From NCBI GenBank assembly GCA_951406725.2, contig OX597818.1:14446001-14510000 (forward strand): a stretch of 64,000 nucleotides of DNA. The letters are read 5' to 3'. The notes beneath the pieces are model-generated. The model saw only the letters and a program-made list of their open reading frames with translations, ran no database searches and had not been told where the DNA came from. This DNA is from Octopus vulgaris (taxonomy: Eukaryota). The position numbers were made by a program, and so were the translations under genes. Shown piece by piece: positions 43,720-58,500 of the stretch. Numbering within the stretch: the first letter of the stretch is position 1; each line of letters begins with the position of its first letter.

Positions 43720-43720
<1 letters not shown>
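42481..43720 (-). mobile_element. R4/Dong LINE 3' portion
   Basis: EALICAVQEQALRANY..DKCRMCGEKDETVWHIVSECPKLAQ..YKRRHDNVA..ILWD and AIVSGTLGSI..LQKLALLGTARILRRILE. Confidence 0.92.
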
Positions 43721-43765
<45 letters not shown>

Positions 43766-43772
43766 CATTATT

Positions 43773-43807
<35 letters not shown>

Positions 43808-43810
43808 TAT

Positions 43811-45345
43811 TCCTTCATAACACACTGTAGGTAAAAATGCACCGGAGTCTTTAGTCATCTGTTAGGTCACAACAAGGACCTCAGAAAAATAGTACTTTCC
43901 CTAAGATGTGCGTTGTACCCAATAAGGCTGCATTATGCAAGACATCAATCTTGCATGGGATTTCCAGTAGCCGTTTCAATGGGATTGAGTCCAACGCTCC
44001 TATCACCACAGTCTTGCTATTTCCACTTTCAATTCGGAGTACTTGGTGATTTTTTCAACTTCTTTACTCACAACGCTCATGTCATTTGGTATGGTTACAT
44101 CAATACCCGGCCGACGGTGTTCGATTACACGATCTGTCTGAAAATCATATTCCCAGAGTATAATTACTTTTCCATCCTCCTGCATAACTTTACTTAGTAC
44201 ATGCTCATACCAGCTATCTGTTACTTCATACTCGAATTTATGGAATAAAAGCCAATGAAGATATACACACACTTTATTGTGGCGGCGCTTGTGTTCTTTT
44301 TGTGCAGGGCCCTCACATCCGCTTACCAAGTGGGTCACATTTTCCATACTCTTTCCACAAAGTTTGCATTTCTGGTTGTCAGAAGTTTTATATATTTTAT
44401 ACTTCACTGAATTGGTAGCGAAAAACCTAGTCTTGTGCAGCAACAATCAGGCTTTCGATGGTACGCTTGAAATCACCTCGATCAAGCCATGCCCACGATG
44501 CTGTATTATCATTAACGTTTTGTATATTCCTTTCAAACATGCATTCTCATTTCAAGGAATACTTCTTTTCTCTTCTCCTCAGCTCCTTGGTTAAACTCTT
44601 CATTGCCCATCATTTCATCTGCATTTACACCCTTATCTTTCGCGGCATATTGCATCAAATACTCGGCAAGCGTTATTCTTTCACTCCTTATACAATGGTC
44701 TATGCTAATTAGTCCTCTGCCACCACTCTTTCTTTCCATGTACAGTCTGTTTACGTTTGCTTTAGGGTGTAGCGCCCCATGCAGCATCATTAACCTTCTA
44801 GTCCTTCTATCCAGTGTTGATATTTCCTCCTTAGTCCATTTGAGGATGGACGCACTATGTCTGACCACCGCAACTGCCCAGATATTCATTGTGGTAATCA
44901 AATGTTTGGCATTCAGGTTGTATTTCAACACCATCTACCCCCTTTTTTGATACGCCTCGCTGACCTTGACTTTCATTTCCCTGTGTAGAATTTTATCCAG
45001 TTTCAACATCCCTAAATATCTATACCTACTACCATCCGGTTCACTCATGGTCTCTCTTGATAGTAATCGCAATCCTCTATAGGCTGCTTTCTTCCCTCTT
45101 TTCATATTAAGTAGTGAGAATTTAGTAATCGCAAATTCCATGCCGATGTCCCTACCACACTTCTGGATTGTTTTGGTTAAAGAATCTATGTTTTACAGAT
45201 TTCCCTGGGCTGCTAGTCTTTCATGCACTGCGTGGCATCTCTTCAGCCAGAAGCCATCAATCCCATCAGGTCCGGGGGCTTTCCAGTTAGGCACTTTACC
45301 CACTTGCTCTTTCATATCATCCGTGCTTATGACAACATTCCTTTG
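43811..45345 (-). mobile_element. R4/Dong LINE, internally deleted
   Basis: NWKAPGPDGIDGFWLK is joined to DIGMEF..YRYLGML, then LHPKANVNRLYM.RKSGGRGL, KCKLCGK..HLVSGC, ILWEYDFQTD..RRP, EKITKYSEL. Bounded by (TTA)n. Confidence 0.92.
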
Positions 45346-45928
45346 TTTCTTTCCTGTTATTATTATTATTTTATTATCATTACTATCATAACTATGTTTC
45401 TATCCAACCTACCTTCTCTTCTACCCTTAACAGTTGCCAATCACCCTGTATCTACCACCAGAACAGTCAAATACCCGACCGATCAAAGAGTCTGTACAAC
45501 TAGTTTCTCCCTAGACCCTCGTTCCTTTACATGGAGTAACAACGGCAGAAACAGCTAAACTAATAGACTAAAATTTTCCATCCCTCCATGGCTAAATAAA
45601 GTAGCGAAGACAAAATCAGAATCAGCAGTTCTTAAAAAAGTAATGATGACAATAACAACGGATCCATCTGTAAGAAGGCAGATACGGTAGGGACAAAACA
45701 ACTGCAGTGACAACCACAGAAAAATACCAACAGCCGTGATGACACAAGCCGTGCCATTGAGCATACAGAGGATAAAATGCTAAACCCAACAATGGAAATG
45801 TTAACAAGTAAGATAGCAATACCAACAAACAACAGTAATGATAATAGTATTAACAATAATAGCAATGATAACAATAGGTATACATGGTGGTAACGATTGT
45901 AGTAGAAATAGTGATAATAAATAAATAA

Positions 45929-45983
<55 letters not shown>

Positions 45984-46079
45984 GATCAATAATGATTAAA
46001 ATATGACAATGCAACTGCCGTCAGCGACTAAATAAGCAATCCCATTAAGCTGCTTGATGAGAAGGGTGAAGTATTGTTT

Positions 46080-46990
46080 TTAGACAACCCGCGAGATGAA
46101 AAACCAAACCCAGCGAAGGATAGAGGAACTCAGGAAAATCGGTTATTATCGTATTAAGACTGGATATTTAAACTTGCACCATTTTTAATATCCAGTATGA
46201 TGAAATAGGAAGTACCCACAAAACTCTTCTGCTACATAACGAAATACAAATATCTCGTGTTAAAATGGCAGCTTGTTACGGAAAATCCTTTCCACTTAGA
46301 ACAGCGATAAACAGAGAAACTGTCTTCATTCAGACCTGAAAAATCTAGTCATTGGCTTAAAAATACCCCAAAATAAATTGTTAACCTTTCATTGCAAAGG
46401 AAACATGTAATAGTCGACGCTACCAATGATAAAATGCAAACTTTAAAAAGGTAACTGGTGTTTTAGAAAACTCCTGTACAAACTGTGTTTGAGAGCTTCG
46501 CTATTTTTAAAATCACATCCAATGAACTAAATGCTGACATAAATACAAATATTCTTTTAACGCCTTTGAATGGAATATTTTATAAGTCAATTGATAAATA
46601 CTTTCCAAATGATAAAAGTATACTGTTACGAAATAATGCCTGGATTAGTGAACCTCTTAGTGTGCAAGGAAGAGCCATGAATGGAGATGTAGCGGAATGT
46701 GAGCAGTTTATTGACATCATTTCTGATCCAACATTAAAAGCAGCATAAAAAATGCCAGTCACTTTCAATATTTTAGTATTCTCTAAAAGAAGAATTTCTA
46801 CTGCTATCAGAAATGACTATCAAAATTTTTTTTATTTTTTCCACTTACATATCTCAAAGAAGTAGCAATTTCTGCATATACAATAAAGAAAAGTAATCAT
46901 TGAAATAAAATGAATACCAAGACAGATATGAGAATTCACCTATCAACGATTAAACCAGACTTCAAAGAGATTTACAAAAGAAAAAAAATG
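46080..46990 (+). mobile_element. hAT (Charlie/Buster-type) transposase remnant
   Basis: TLLLHNE, AWISEP..EQFIDIISDPTLK, EFLLLSEM, TDMRIHLSTIKPDF resemble LLLHTEVRWLS and the hAT dimerisation region. Confidence 0.6.
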
Positions 46991-47639
46991 TAAAGTAAAA
47001 GCGTTATTGATCACTCATATTGACTTTCTTTCATCTCTTTTCCGTTTTAGAATGTACATATCTTTCAAGATAAACGTAGATTTTGAAAATTTCTGATGGT
47101 TTACTTTTAACTATAATAATCTAATCAACTGAAAACTCTTTAGGGTTCGCTTACATCTTTTCATAGCTGGAGACCGATTGCTCTGCACCAAACAAAAATT
47201 AAGCAAAGTAATACATATTTTTTGCACAGTCAAAACCTGTTTCAAACAGCTAATATATCAGTAAACACATACGACTCAATACATCAGTAAACACATACTA
47301 CACAACTGTATTAAATAACATAAAGCAGCTCCCATAGCACACACGGAACATCACCACTCAACATTATAACAAATAACGCAAATGATTCAATTGAAGAAGT
47401 ATATTGACTATTTCATGATACATGAAAAAATTACATATTCTACATAAGAAACATACAAAGCACTAATGTAACCACAGAAATAATAAAATAAATCCTAGAA
47501 CTAATATTATCCTTACCAGCACAAGCCTGATTTTATACCTGAGATATTTATCAAAAGCGTCATACTACACGTATGCAGTTTGAAGAGAGTGAGAGAAGAT
47601 TGGTTTGTAAGCAAATTGGCCTGCAATATATAATCGGTT

Positions 47640-47766
47640 CAGAGGTCGACTTTACCTTTCATCCTTTCGGAGTAAATTAAGTATCAGTTGCGTACTGGGG
47701 TCGACCTAATCTACTGGCCCTCTCCACCAAAATGTCGGGCCTTATGCCTAGAGTAGAAGAGAAAAG
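47640..47766 (+). mobile_element. 5'-truncated Meta-type SINE
   Basis: agaggtcgactttacctttcatcctttcgg..gggccttatgcctagagtagaa. Confidence 0.9.
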
Positions 47767-47786
47767 AATATCTAACCGGTTAAGCA

Positions 47787-47990
47787 ACGTAGCCATCTGG
47801 CAGAGACGTTAGCACGTGGGCCGAAATGCTTAATGGAATTTTGTGTCTTTACGTTCTGAGTTCAAATTCTGCCGAGGTTGATTTTGCCTTTCATGCTTTC
47901 AGAGTCGATAAATTAATTGCGTAATGGAGTCGATCTAATCAACTGGCCCCCTCCCCAAAAATTTTGGGCCATGTTCATAGAGTAGAAAAG
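47787..47990 (+). mobile_element. Meta-type SINE with 20-bp flanking direct repeat
   Basis: aatatctaaccggttaagca at 47767-47786 and 47991-48010. Confidence 0.9.
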
Positions 47991-48872
47991 AATATCTAAC
48001 CGGTTAAGCACTGGCCAAAGATTTCCTATTTACCCAGAACTAAACTATATAATCAGTGAGTGAGTACGTGTGTGCGCGTGGCGTGGAAGAGCTTTTGTTT
48101 AAAGAATTATGTATTGAACGTATCTCTGTATCTGCGTATCAACCACCTATTTTTCGTTTAGAACAATAAATTTCTCAAATTTTCTTTATCAATATTTTCA
48201 GGCTAACTTTGATTCATCTTCAGGATGTGAACTGGTTTCATATTCTCTGCTTTTCTTGTTTAAAGTGGACAGTTTATGTTTACAAAGAGTTCCTGACAGA
48301 ATATGAACTTTAGAACATCAGAGTGCAAAATCATCGAATTTGCATTCGTGACTTATATGTGACGTGTATGTCGATAATCGAAGAATTGCTTCCATAATGA
48401 ATCACCAATTTCAGGGAGGAATTCTAAGTATGGAAGTATTTTCTGGGAATATTTTCTTCTCTAACGTTGTTTTATTACGTGTTTAGTGCATTACAGCGTG
48501 TTTTAAATGACGTTGAACTTACTTGAGGCCGTTGTACTTGTCTGACTTATGTGTTTTCAACAACTATACACACACATACACATATTCACATACACACATA
48601 CATACATGATACATGCATGCCTACATACATACATACATACATACATACATACATACATACATACTTACATACGTACATACATGTGTGTGCGTGTATGAGA
48701 GCGAGGGCACATATCGGTTTTAGTTCGAAGACCGGGTGGTGCGTTGTGTTCCGTTGCTCTGCTATCACTTCGCTACTTAAAGTGTGGTACACTGGGTACC
48801 TGTTGCGGCAACGTTGATTTGATGGAGAGAGTGAGCTAATGAAAAGTTCAAAAATATGATCACTATAGACAA

Positions 48873-48936
48873 GTTCTATAATTTCTTGCCGATAGTGATA
48901 AAAAATATGATCACTATCGGCAAGAAATTATAGAAC
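48873..48936. repeat. Perfect 27-bp inverted repeat with 10-nt spacer
   Basis: gttctataatttcttgccgatagtgat pairs with atcactatcggcaagaaattatagaac. Confidence 0.95.
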
Positions 48937-49502
48937 CGTCATTCTCGAACCAAGTGAGAAAAATCCAATAAGACTTGAAAATCGATTGGAGTTGTTCTTT
49001 TCTTTTCTTTGTATTTTAATTTTCAGAAAAGTTTAGAAAATTTGTATTCTACACACGGGAAGTCATGCGACTATGCAAAAAAAAACGCAAAAAGTTTGGT
49101 ACAGATTTAGTGGCTATTTATCTGATACGTTGAGCACAATCCCCTCATGCTCTCCTCATTTGATTATCAGTTTGACCTATTAATATCTTTCAATATCTTT
49201 GTCTCCATAAAAGCATTTAATGGCCTATTGCTTGGATTTAAGCCAAAAATCCGGATTGTCCGTATTTTAAACTGTGATTAAGAATTTTTTTTTATTTTTA
49301 AAACACATACTGCATAGTCGTGTTAATTCCCGTGTATAGAATACAAATAGGCAATAATTTTCCCAAAATTCCCAACAATGAAAAAGTTATAAGGGGTTAT
49401 ATGTGATGCTTAAGCAGAATTCTGCCGTTCCGCCGTTCATCATGTTTGTAATCTATAGATCAGTAGCTAAATTAGGCCACTTTCTAAATTTTACACACAC
49501 AC

Positions 49503-49537
<35 letters not shown>

Positions 49538-49538
<1 letters not shown>

Positions 49539-49725
49539 ACCGTTGGCAATTTTTTTCCTCCGTCTTCCCTTCCTTGGATCTTTCTTTTTCCTATGTTTCT
49601 GACGAAGAGCACCGCTCGAAACGTAAAACCCTCCTTCTTTCCTGAGCGTCCAATAATACTATACTTGTTCCACGTCCTCGCGTTGTTGTGTTTTCTCTTT
49701 GTGTTTTCATGTTTGGATTAACTTT
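49538..49725 (+). mobile_element. Short microsatellite-embedded element (PLE pLTR-like or retrozyme-like) carrying a hammerhead
   Basis: Contains the ribozyme below, has a second partial copy at 17931, and is flanked by (TG)n and (TA)n. Confidence 0.7.
49595..49629 (+). ncRNA. Minimal type I hammerhead ribozyme
   Basis: GTTT-CTGACGA-A-GAGC-acc-GCTC-GAAA-C-GTA-AAAC: stem I GTTT/AAAC, intact CUGANGA and GAAA core, stem II, palindromic ACGT stem III, GUA cleavage triplet. Confidence 0.8.
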
Positions 49726-50121
49726 ATATTTATATGTATATATGTATATAATTAAGAAAGTCCTCGCATGCACGACAGGCATGCTTATAGGTAAGTAATT
49801 GGTTGCACATTAAACGTTAAAAGACCGTGAATTCAAGCATCAAATTTTATGGAGGCTAAGTACAGAGTACATATAATAAGAAATGAAGGAAACGTCTATT
49901 GTATTCTTATGCTTTAGTATTCAGAGTTTCTATAGGCCGGTGGCCCATTTCATTGTACTTCTGCAAATAGTAAAACGTTTGAAGTGCAATGTTCTCGCAG
50001 GAAAATTTATAAAATAATAAATAATAAAACCGATAGCTGAAATGAATAATAGAAGAACAGGGGCAAATATATATCATCTCATCTCCCTCACTCCCCCTCT
50101 CTCTCCCTATGAAAATGTATG

Positions 50122-50171
<50 letters not shown>

Positions 50172-50198
50172 TACATACATACATGCATATATACATAC

Positions 50199-50263
<65 letters not shown>

Positions 50264-50460
50264 AGATCTTGTTTAGAGGCCATTGTACTGAAAGTCAGGG
50301 TATAGATAATGTATTGATTTCATTTCCATTCATAAAGTTATAAATATGTATAAGCTATATTTTTTATTTCTTTACATTTGATTTTCTTTCTACAGACTAC
50401 GGGATCAAGGAAAACAATATATTACAGATAAAATGACACCAGCATCCTAAGCTACGGAAT

Positions 50461-51200
50461 TTACAGAATAAAATGTGCACTTGACATAGATAAGGCAAAC
50501 AAATCGTAAATGCCACACAAATTTCTAACTGAAGTAAAGAGATAATATACAAAACCTAATCTTAAGCAACAAAACTTTGCCAAAATCTGCAGCATGTCAG
50601 GATATCTCAGGGGAAATAATATATCATAAATAGCATGGATTGGAGAACAAATTCTGAAAATTGTTGTGATAAACATAAGTGACAATGCATACATTTGATG
50701 AATAAAAAACAAATTAATCAAGACAGCATGAATAAGATTTTGTGTAGAGGTTATAAGAAAATAAATCATCGCAACACCAACTCTTCATAATATAATATAA
50801 TCGAAAAATATGCGGTAAACAGCTGCTGAATGTTCTTCAAAAACACTTTTATTTACAACATTCAAAACTATATATGGAAACGATTTTCATTTCCTAATCA
50901 TCCTGGTAACTGATGCTTTTAGTCCTCACCAAACAATGAATCCGCTCTTTGTATTCATCGCTTGACCAGCTTGAATTGGCCCCAGTTATTTTTTTACGTC
51001 TTAAAACGGATAAATATATCGTCTAACGTAATCCTAGAAACACATTGTAGTAAGACAGAATCGTCGAAGCAACAAAGTATTTGTTCCAAAATCTGCTTTC
51101 TCGTGGTTCCAAAGTAACAGCAATAATCCAAAATACATTGTTTTGACTTGCTTCCTTGGAAAATACTAAGTGAGTAACAAATATAGTCAGCATCTATATC
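50461..51200 (-). pseudogene. Possible decayed CNG/KCNH-family channel transmembrane fragments
   Basis: LEPRESRFWNKYF (S1-like), LDDIFIRFKT (S2-like), NTKSGFIV (S3-like), then RVGVAMIYFLIT..IYDILFPL..LRLGFVYYLF..AHFIL. Recognised by eye only. Confidence 0.3.
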
Positions 51201-51253
51201 TTGGTGTTTGCTTCTCATAATACACACACACACATAACATATATATATATATA

Positions 51254-51311
<58 letters not shown>

Positions 51312-51338
51312 CATATATATATACATATATATATATAC

Positions 51339-51385
<47 letters not shown>

Positions 51386-51445
51386 TATATACATATATAT
51401 ATATACATATATATATAGATATACATATACATATATATATATATG

Positions 51446-51652
51446 TAGAAATGAGTTGCGACGTCACTGGTGCCAAGCTGTATCGACCTTTGTCTTTCCC
51501 TTGGATAACACTGGTGGCGTGGAGAGGGGAGGCTGGTATGCATGGGCGACTGCTGGTCTTCCATAAACAACCTCGCCCGGACTTGTGTCTAGGAGGGCAA
51601 CTTTCTAGGTGCAATCCCATGGTCTGTGTCGTGACCGAAGGGGGTCTAAAAA
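51446..51652 (+). mobile_element. GC-rich interspersed-repeat 3' segment inserted in (TA)n, probably a SINE tail
   Basis: Discrete 200-bp GC-rich block ending in an A-run, embedded in TA repeats. Confidence 0.55.
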
Positions 51653-51705
51653 AATATATATATACATATATATACATATATATATATACATATATATATA
51701 TATAC

Positions 51706-51739
<34 letters not shown>

Positions 51740-51743
51740 CATA

Positions 51744-51914
51744 GGCGCAGGAGTGGCTGTGTGGTAAGTAGCTTGCTAACCAACCACATGGTTCCAGGTT
51801 CAGTCCCACTGCGTGGCATCTTGGGAAAGTGTCTTCTGCTATAGCCCCGGGCCGACCAATGCCTTGTGAGTGGATTTGGTAGACGGAAACTGAAAGAAGC
51901 CTGTCGTATATATG

Positions 51915-51945
<31 letters not shown>

Positions 51946-52155
51946 TTGTGTGTCTCTGTTTGTCCCCCTAGCATCGCTTGACAACCGATGCTGGTGTGTT
52001 TACGTCCCCGTCACTTAGCGGTTCGGCAAAAAAGAGACCGATAGAATAAGTACTGGGCTTACAAAGAATAAGTCCCGGGGTCGATTAAAGGCGGTGCTCC
52101 AGCATGGCCGCAGTCAAATGACTGAAACAAGTAAAAGAGTAAAAAAGTAAAAAAG
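51744..52155 (+). mobile_element. Full-length tRNA-derived CORE-like SINE
   Basis: A-box tggctgtgtggtaag, B-box ggttcagtccc, CORE-like cttgggaaagtgtctt, internal TA/TG tract, tail ggcggtgctccagcatggccgcagt..(gtaaaaRa)n. Confidence 0.92.
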
Positions 52156-52156
52156 T

Positions 52157-54178
<2,022 letters not shown>

Positions 54179-54869
54179 TATATGTATATATATATATATA
54201 TACATATATATGCAAATACATACATAGTTATGTGTGTGCGCGCGCGTTGTATGTGTGTAATGTTCTTGTCCAAAAATTATAGTCATCCTATCGATATGTG
54301 CGTTTGTAAGTTTGTAATTAATAGATTATAGAATTAGTTTTACTTTCGCATTATCAAACAAACGGTCAAGAATTCACCTCAAAGATGGGAGCTAATGCAA
54401 GTTGATGTTCGACTTCATTTTTTGTAGGTTTAAGATGCCTGTAAAGAAAGAAAAATAGGAAGGAAGGTCCCAAGAGGAATGAGAATAAAATTTCAATCTA
54501 AATAATTGGATTAGGTTTTTCAGATTGAGACAGCAGGGAAATGAAACGACACGGAAAGCGATGTGATCGGGTTGGACTGAGTTGATATGGTTTACAAATT
54601 GCTGGTTGTTCAAAATATTAAAAACAACTGTTTCTAATAGAGACAGAAGACCAGTAATTTTAAGTAGTGTGGTTGATGGATTAGGTCGAACCCAATAGTT
54701 AAATGGCGCTTTATTTCATCAAAACCGGATAGATAAAAAGTACTTTTGACAACGGCAGGATTTGAACTCATGAAGGTTAAGAGGTGGAACAAACACTGTG
54801 AAATATTTCTTCGGACGCTTTAATGATTTTGCTAATCCACTGTTCTAAACTGCTGTCATCATAATATCA

Positions 54870-55245
54870 AATTTTTGCCATAAGGGCAGCTTGCAGGAGG
54901 AGATTCAGTCGATTACATGGAGCCCAGTACTTATTTAATCAATCCCAAAAGGATGGAAGGCAAATTCGAACTCGGCGGAATTTGAACTCAGAACGCAGCG
55001 GCAGACAAAATACCTATTTCTTTACTACCCACGAGGGGCTAAACACAGAGAGGACAAACAAGGACAGACAAACGGATTAAGTCGATTATATCGACCCCAG
55101 GGCGTAACTGGTACTTAATTTATCCACCCCGAAAGGATGAAAGGCAAAGTCGACCTCGGCGGAATTTGAACTCAGAACGTAACGGCAGACGAAATACCGC
55201 TAAGCATTCTGTCCGGCATGCTAACGTTTCTGCCAGCTCACCGCT
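54870..55245 (-). mobile_element. Composite (nested or dimeric) Meta-type SINE
   Basis: A long-tail copy (55245-55013) runs directly into a second SINE body that starts at ggtattttgtctgcc and ends in a short tail. Confidence 0.88.
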
Positions 55246-55384
55246 CTCTTCTCATAATAATAATAAAATCAGACAGAGTTTCGATATACATGTTGTAGAG
55301 TGTTAATGAAATTCTATTTAGAATCAATTGCGTAACGTTTAGGAGATTTGGTATCATAAATTGTGTATTAACTCCTTCGTATTC

Positions 55385-55530
55385 TTGAGAAATTTGCTTC
55401 GGAACCACATGATTTAGAGTTCAATGTCACTGCACGGCTCCTTAGGCAAGTGTCTTCTATTATGTTATCGTGTACATAAAAGCCTTATGAGTGAGATTCG
55501 GTTGACGAAAGCTGGGTAGAAGCCTGTTAA
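55385..55530 (+). mobile_element. Decayed CORE-like SINE head
   Basis: aaccacatgatttagagttcaatgtcactgcacggctccttaggcaagtgtcttct. Confidence 0.7.
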
Positions 55531-58500
55531 AAAGATTGATTTTTCCTTTGGGTGCGAGAATTAAACCTTTCCTTAGTTTAGCTCCAGAATTTCTCCATTG
55601 AGTGAATTTAGTGTATTCCATTCTATTGTATTTATTCAGGTCAAGTTACAGCCTGAATATAATTCCCACTAGTCTTGTATTCATGGAAAATGGCACAGGT
55701 ACTGACCATTCTCCTTACACAAAAACCCTTAAAACCAAAAACATATGTGAGCAGAATGCTGGTTATGCCTTATGTTTTCAATAGCTGTTAATAATATAAG
55801 TAATAAACGTTAGATATTTAATGTATATATGATGAGAAGGCAAGAGCGATAGATTGACAGCATCGGATGAACGTTGGACGAAAAAAACCTCCTGGCTTTC
55901 ACCCTACCATTTTACATTCTAAATTCGTACCCTACTCAGGTCAGCTTTGCTTTTCGTCCTTCAGGGTAGACAAAATAGAGTACCACTCAAGGACTAGAGT
56001 CAATTTAATAGTCTAATCCATTTCCCACAAGCATTTTACCAGGCGGGCTAACAACTCTACCAGCTCACCGCCTTCTTTCTGAAAGTATTAATGCATAGAT
56101 TGTTACGTAAAGAAAGTCTCGACATTGAGTTTGGGTAATCTCTTTCAATCACTTACTGTGGAAATAGTAATCATGTGTGAGAATAATAACCGTAGAATTA
56201 TACTAAACGTTCAATGAATTATGTGAATATAATTATGAGAAATACTAGACCCAATGTTGAGATCAGCCCAGTATAGCAGCTATTAACGAAAATGGAGTTA
56301 AATATCACGCAGTTTCCTATATTTGTCCCATGGCACTGTGCTTATATGGATATAACTGCTAGAATGCTACTTAAGATGAGGTATCATAAATTTCGGCCTC
56401 AGCACATAAGCATAACAAACATGATTAACTGACGTGGAAATCTAATGTTTAATGAAAATTATGTCCATCGGCACAAATAACAACTCAGTTCAGATATTTA
56501 AGATTAATAGCATAAAATTATATTGTTTTGTTTTAAGAATATAAACAGTAATACTACTTAATTTATAATATTATAAAAAGAATGAAACGAACTAAAATAT
56601 AATAGCTATAATAGCTTCAATGTAAACGCCAAGTAGACTATTTTTGTTAAATATATTAGATATTTGTAGCTTATATATGAACATCATACGACAGATGATA
56701 TATCTAATAACATCAATACCTCTTTCACCTCTTGTTTACCCCATTACTATATACTTAATATTGCTTCATCATTCATGTTTTTAGATTTATTTCTCAACTA
56801 GCAGAATAGTATATATTTATTTTCTTCCAACTAATGCATTCCATCGATTAGCTGATGTCTCCAGTAGACGTACTGTTGGTATGTTATTCAAAATTAACTA
56901 TTTTGAAATCCCTGAATTAAACATTTAAGTTGGCTACCATTCGTTTGTTCGTCGATTGAAGCTTCTGGAAGTGATTTATGAATACGAGTTTCGATGTTAA
57001 AAAGTTTTCATCAACTCAGATTTATGTTTTTACTGCTTTCATATTACTTTCCTCTACTGGGTTTTCCATCTTAAAATGGTTTCAACTAAATTTCTTGGTT
57101 ACTCCGTTGTCTTATAATAACAGCAGCTAAGTTTTCAATAACTCTGCTTTTATCTTAAGATATATAACCGAATATATATCTTAGGATATATATTCTGTGC
57201 AGCAATAGGTTATCAACTCTCCTTATTTGATGATTAGTATAATATAAAGTATTATTTGATGATTATCAATGCATAATTTCTACATATTACACTTGACTCA
57301 CTTGTGATGTTAGGTGTTCTCACCCTATATTGTAAACTAATGACTGCAAATATATTTATTGCTCGTTCACAATATACACGGGATTGGCATACATCTTTAA
57401 AATATTTAATTGCAATGCAATTATTTTACATAAATGATGTAAAATCTCAGTTAATAAATTTCATAACTATGGTTACATATTTTAATCGCATTCTGAACTT
57501 TATGTTTACTATGCAATGTCTAGTAATTTTTTGTCAATATTATTGTGTCTAGCAACATCATATCAACTCTAATAATACTTTATCAGATCGTTGCACAGTT
57601 TCCATGCATGAATTTCCGTCTGGTCCAAGTCTACGAAATTAAAATGCCCACCGGCCATTCAAGAACATGTTGAAAAGCAGCGTAGATTACTCAATGTGTT
57701 TGATTGAACTCACACTCAGGTATATACACCAGAACTAATGTATCTAGTAATTTTAGTAAATTGATATTCTGCTGTCCTCTGTTCAAATATCTTTGTAGTT
57801 GCTTCCATGTTTGTTTTGCCTCATCACTATTTTCCCCAGCCAGTTCATTTTTAACAATTTTAAATTGTTTTATAATGTCTTAATCAGAAAGATAAGGAGA
57901 GCGCGGATTCTACTAAAGATATGCAAAGGCTCGGTGGTTATGTTAAATAGTTAACATCGATCTCTTCTAACTATTAAATATGATTCATAGACTTTGGTTG
58001 AGATGAGCACTATGGTACAAAACAATATTTACTCAAAATTATGCATGTAGTTACGAAACACATTTTCACCCCCACTTCATGCTTGAACTCATAATGATTT
58101 TAACGTACAATAGATAGCTTCAAAATCATTAGAAGTTTGAATCTTTTATACGATCTCTATTTAAAAGTATGTTCTATTCAACATCATTTGAGTATAAACT
58201 GTTTATGTTTATGTGATTAGTAAAAATATGAAAACAATATATGAAAAATTAATCGAAATCTTGTACTGTAGCTATAAGTAGCGATTGTCACTATCTTAGA
58301 TTTAAAATATTTTTAATATTTTATGATAACTTCTTACCATTTCAATTTAAATCTCTCTCATATCAGTTAAAGTATCTTCGGAGACTATCATATATAGCGA
58401 AACAAAATATATAGCATAATTGCCGTTTTGATCACTATGATAATGTTTAACACACTGGAATATCATTTTCTCTCGAATTTTTTGCCGTTATTGTATAATT

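Noticed and set aside
50370-50460. Strong plus-strand splice acceptor at about 50394
   Set aside because: All three frames stop quickly, with no donor or recognisable product.
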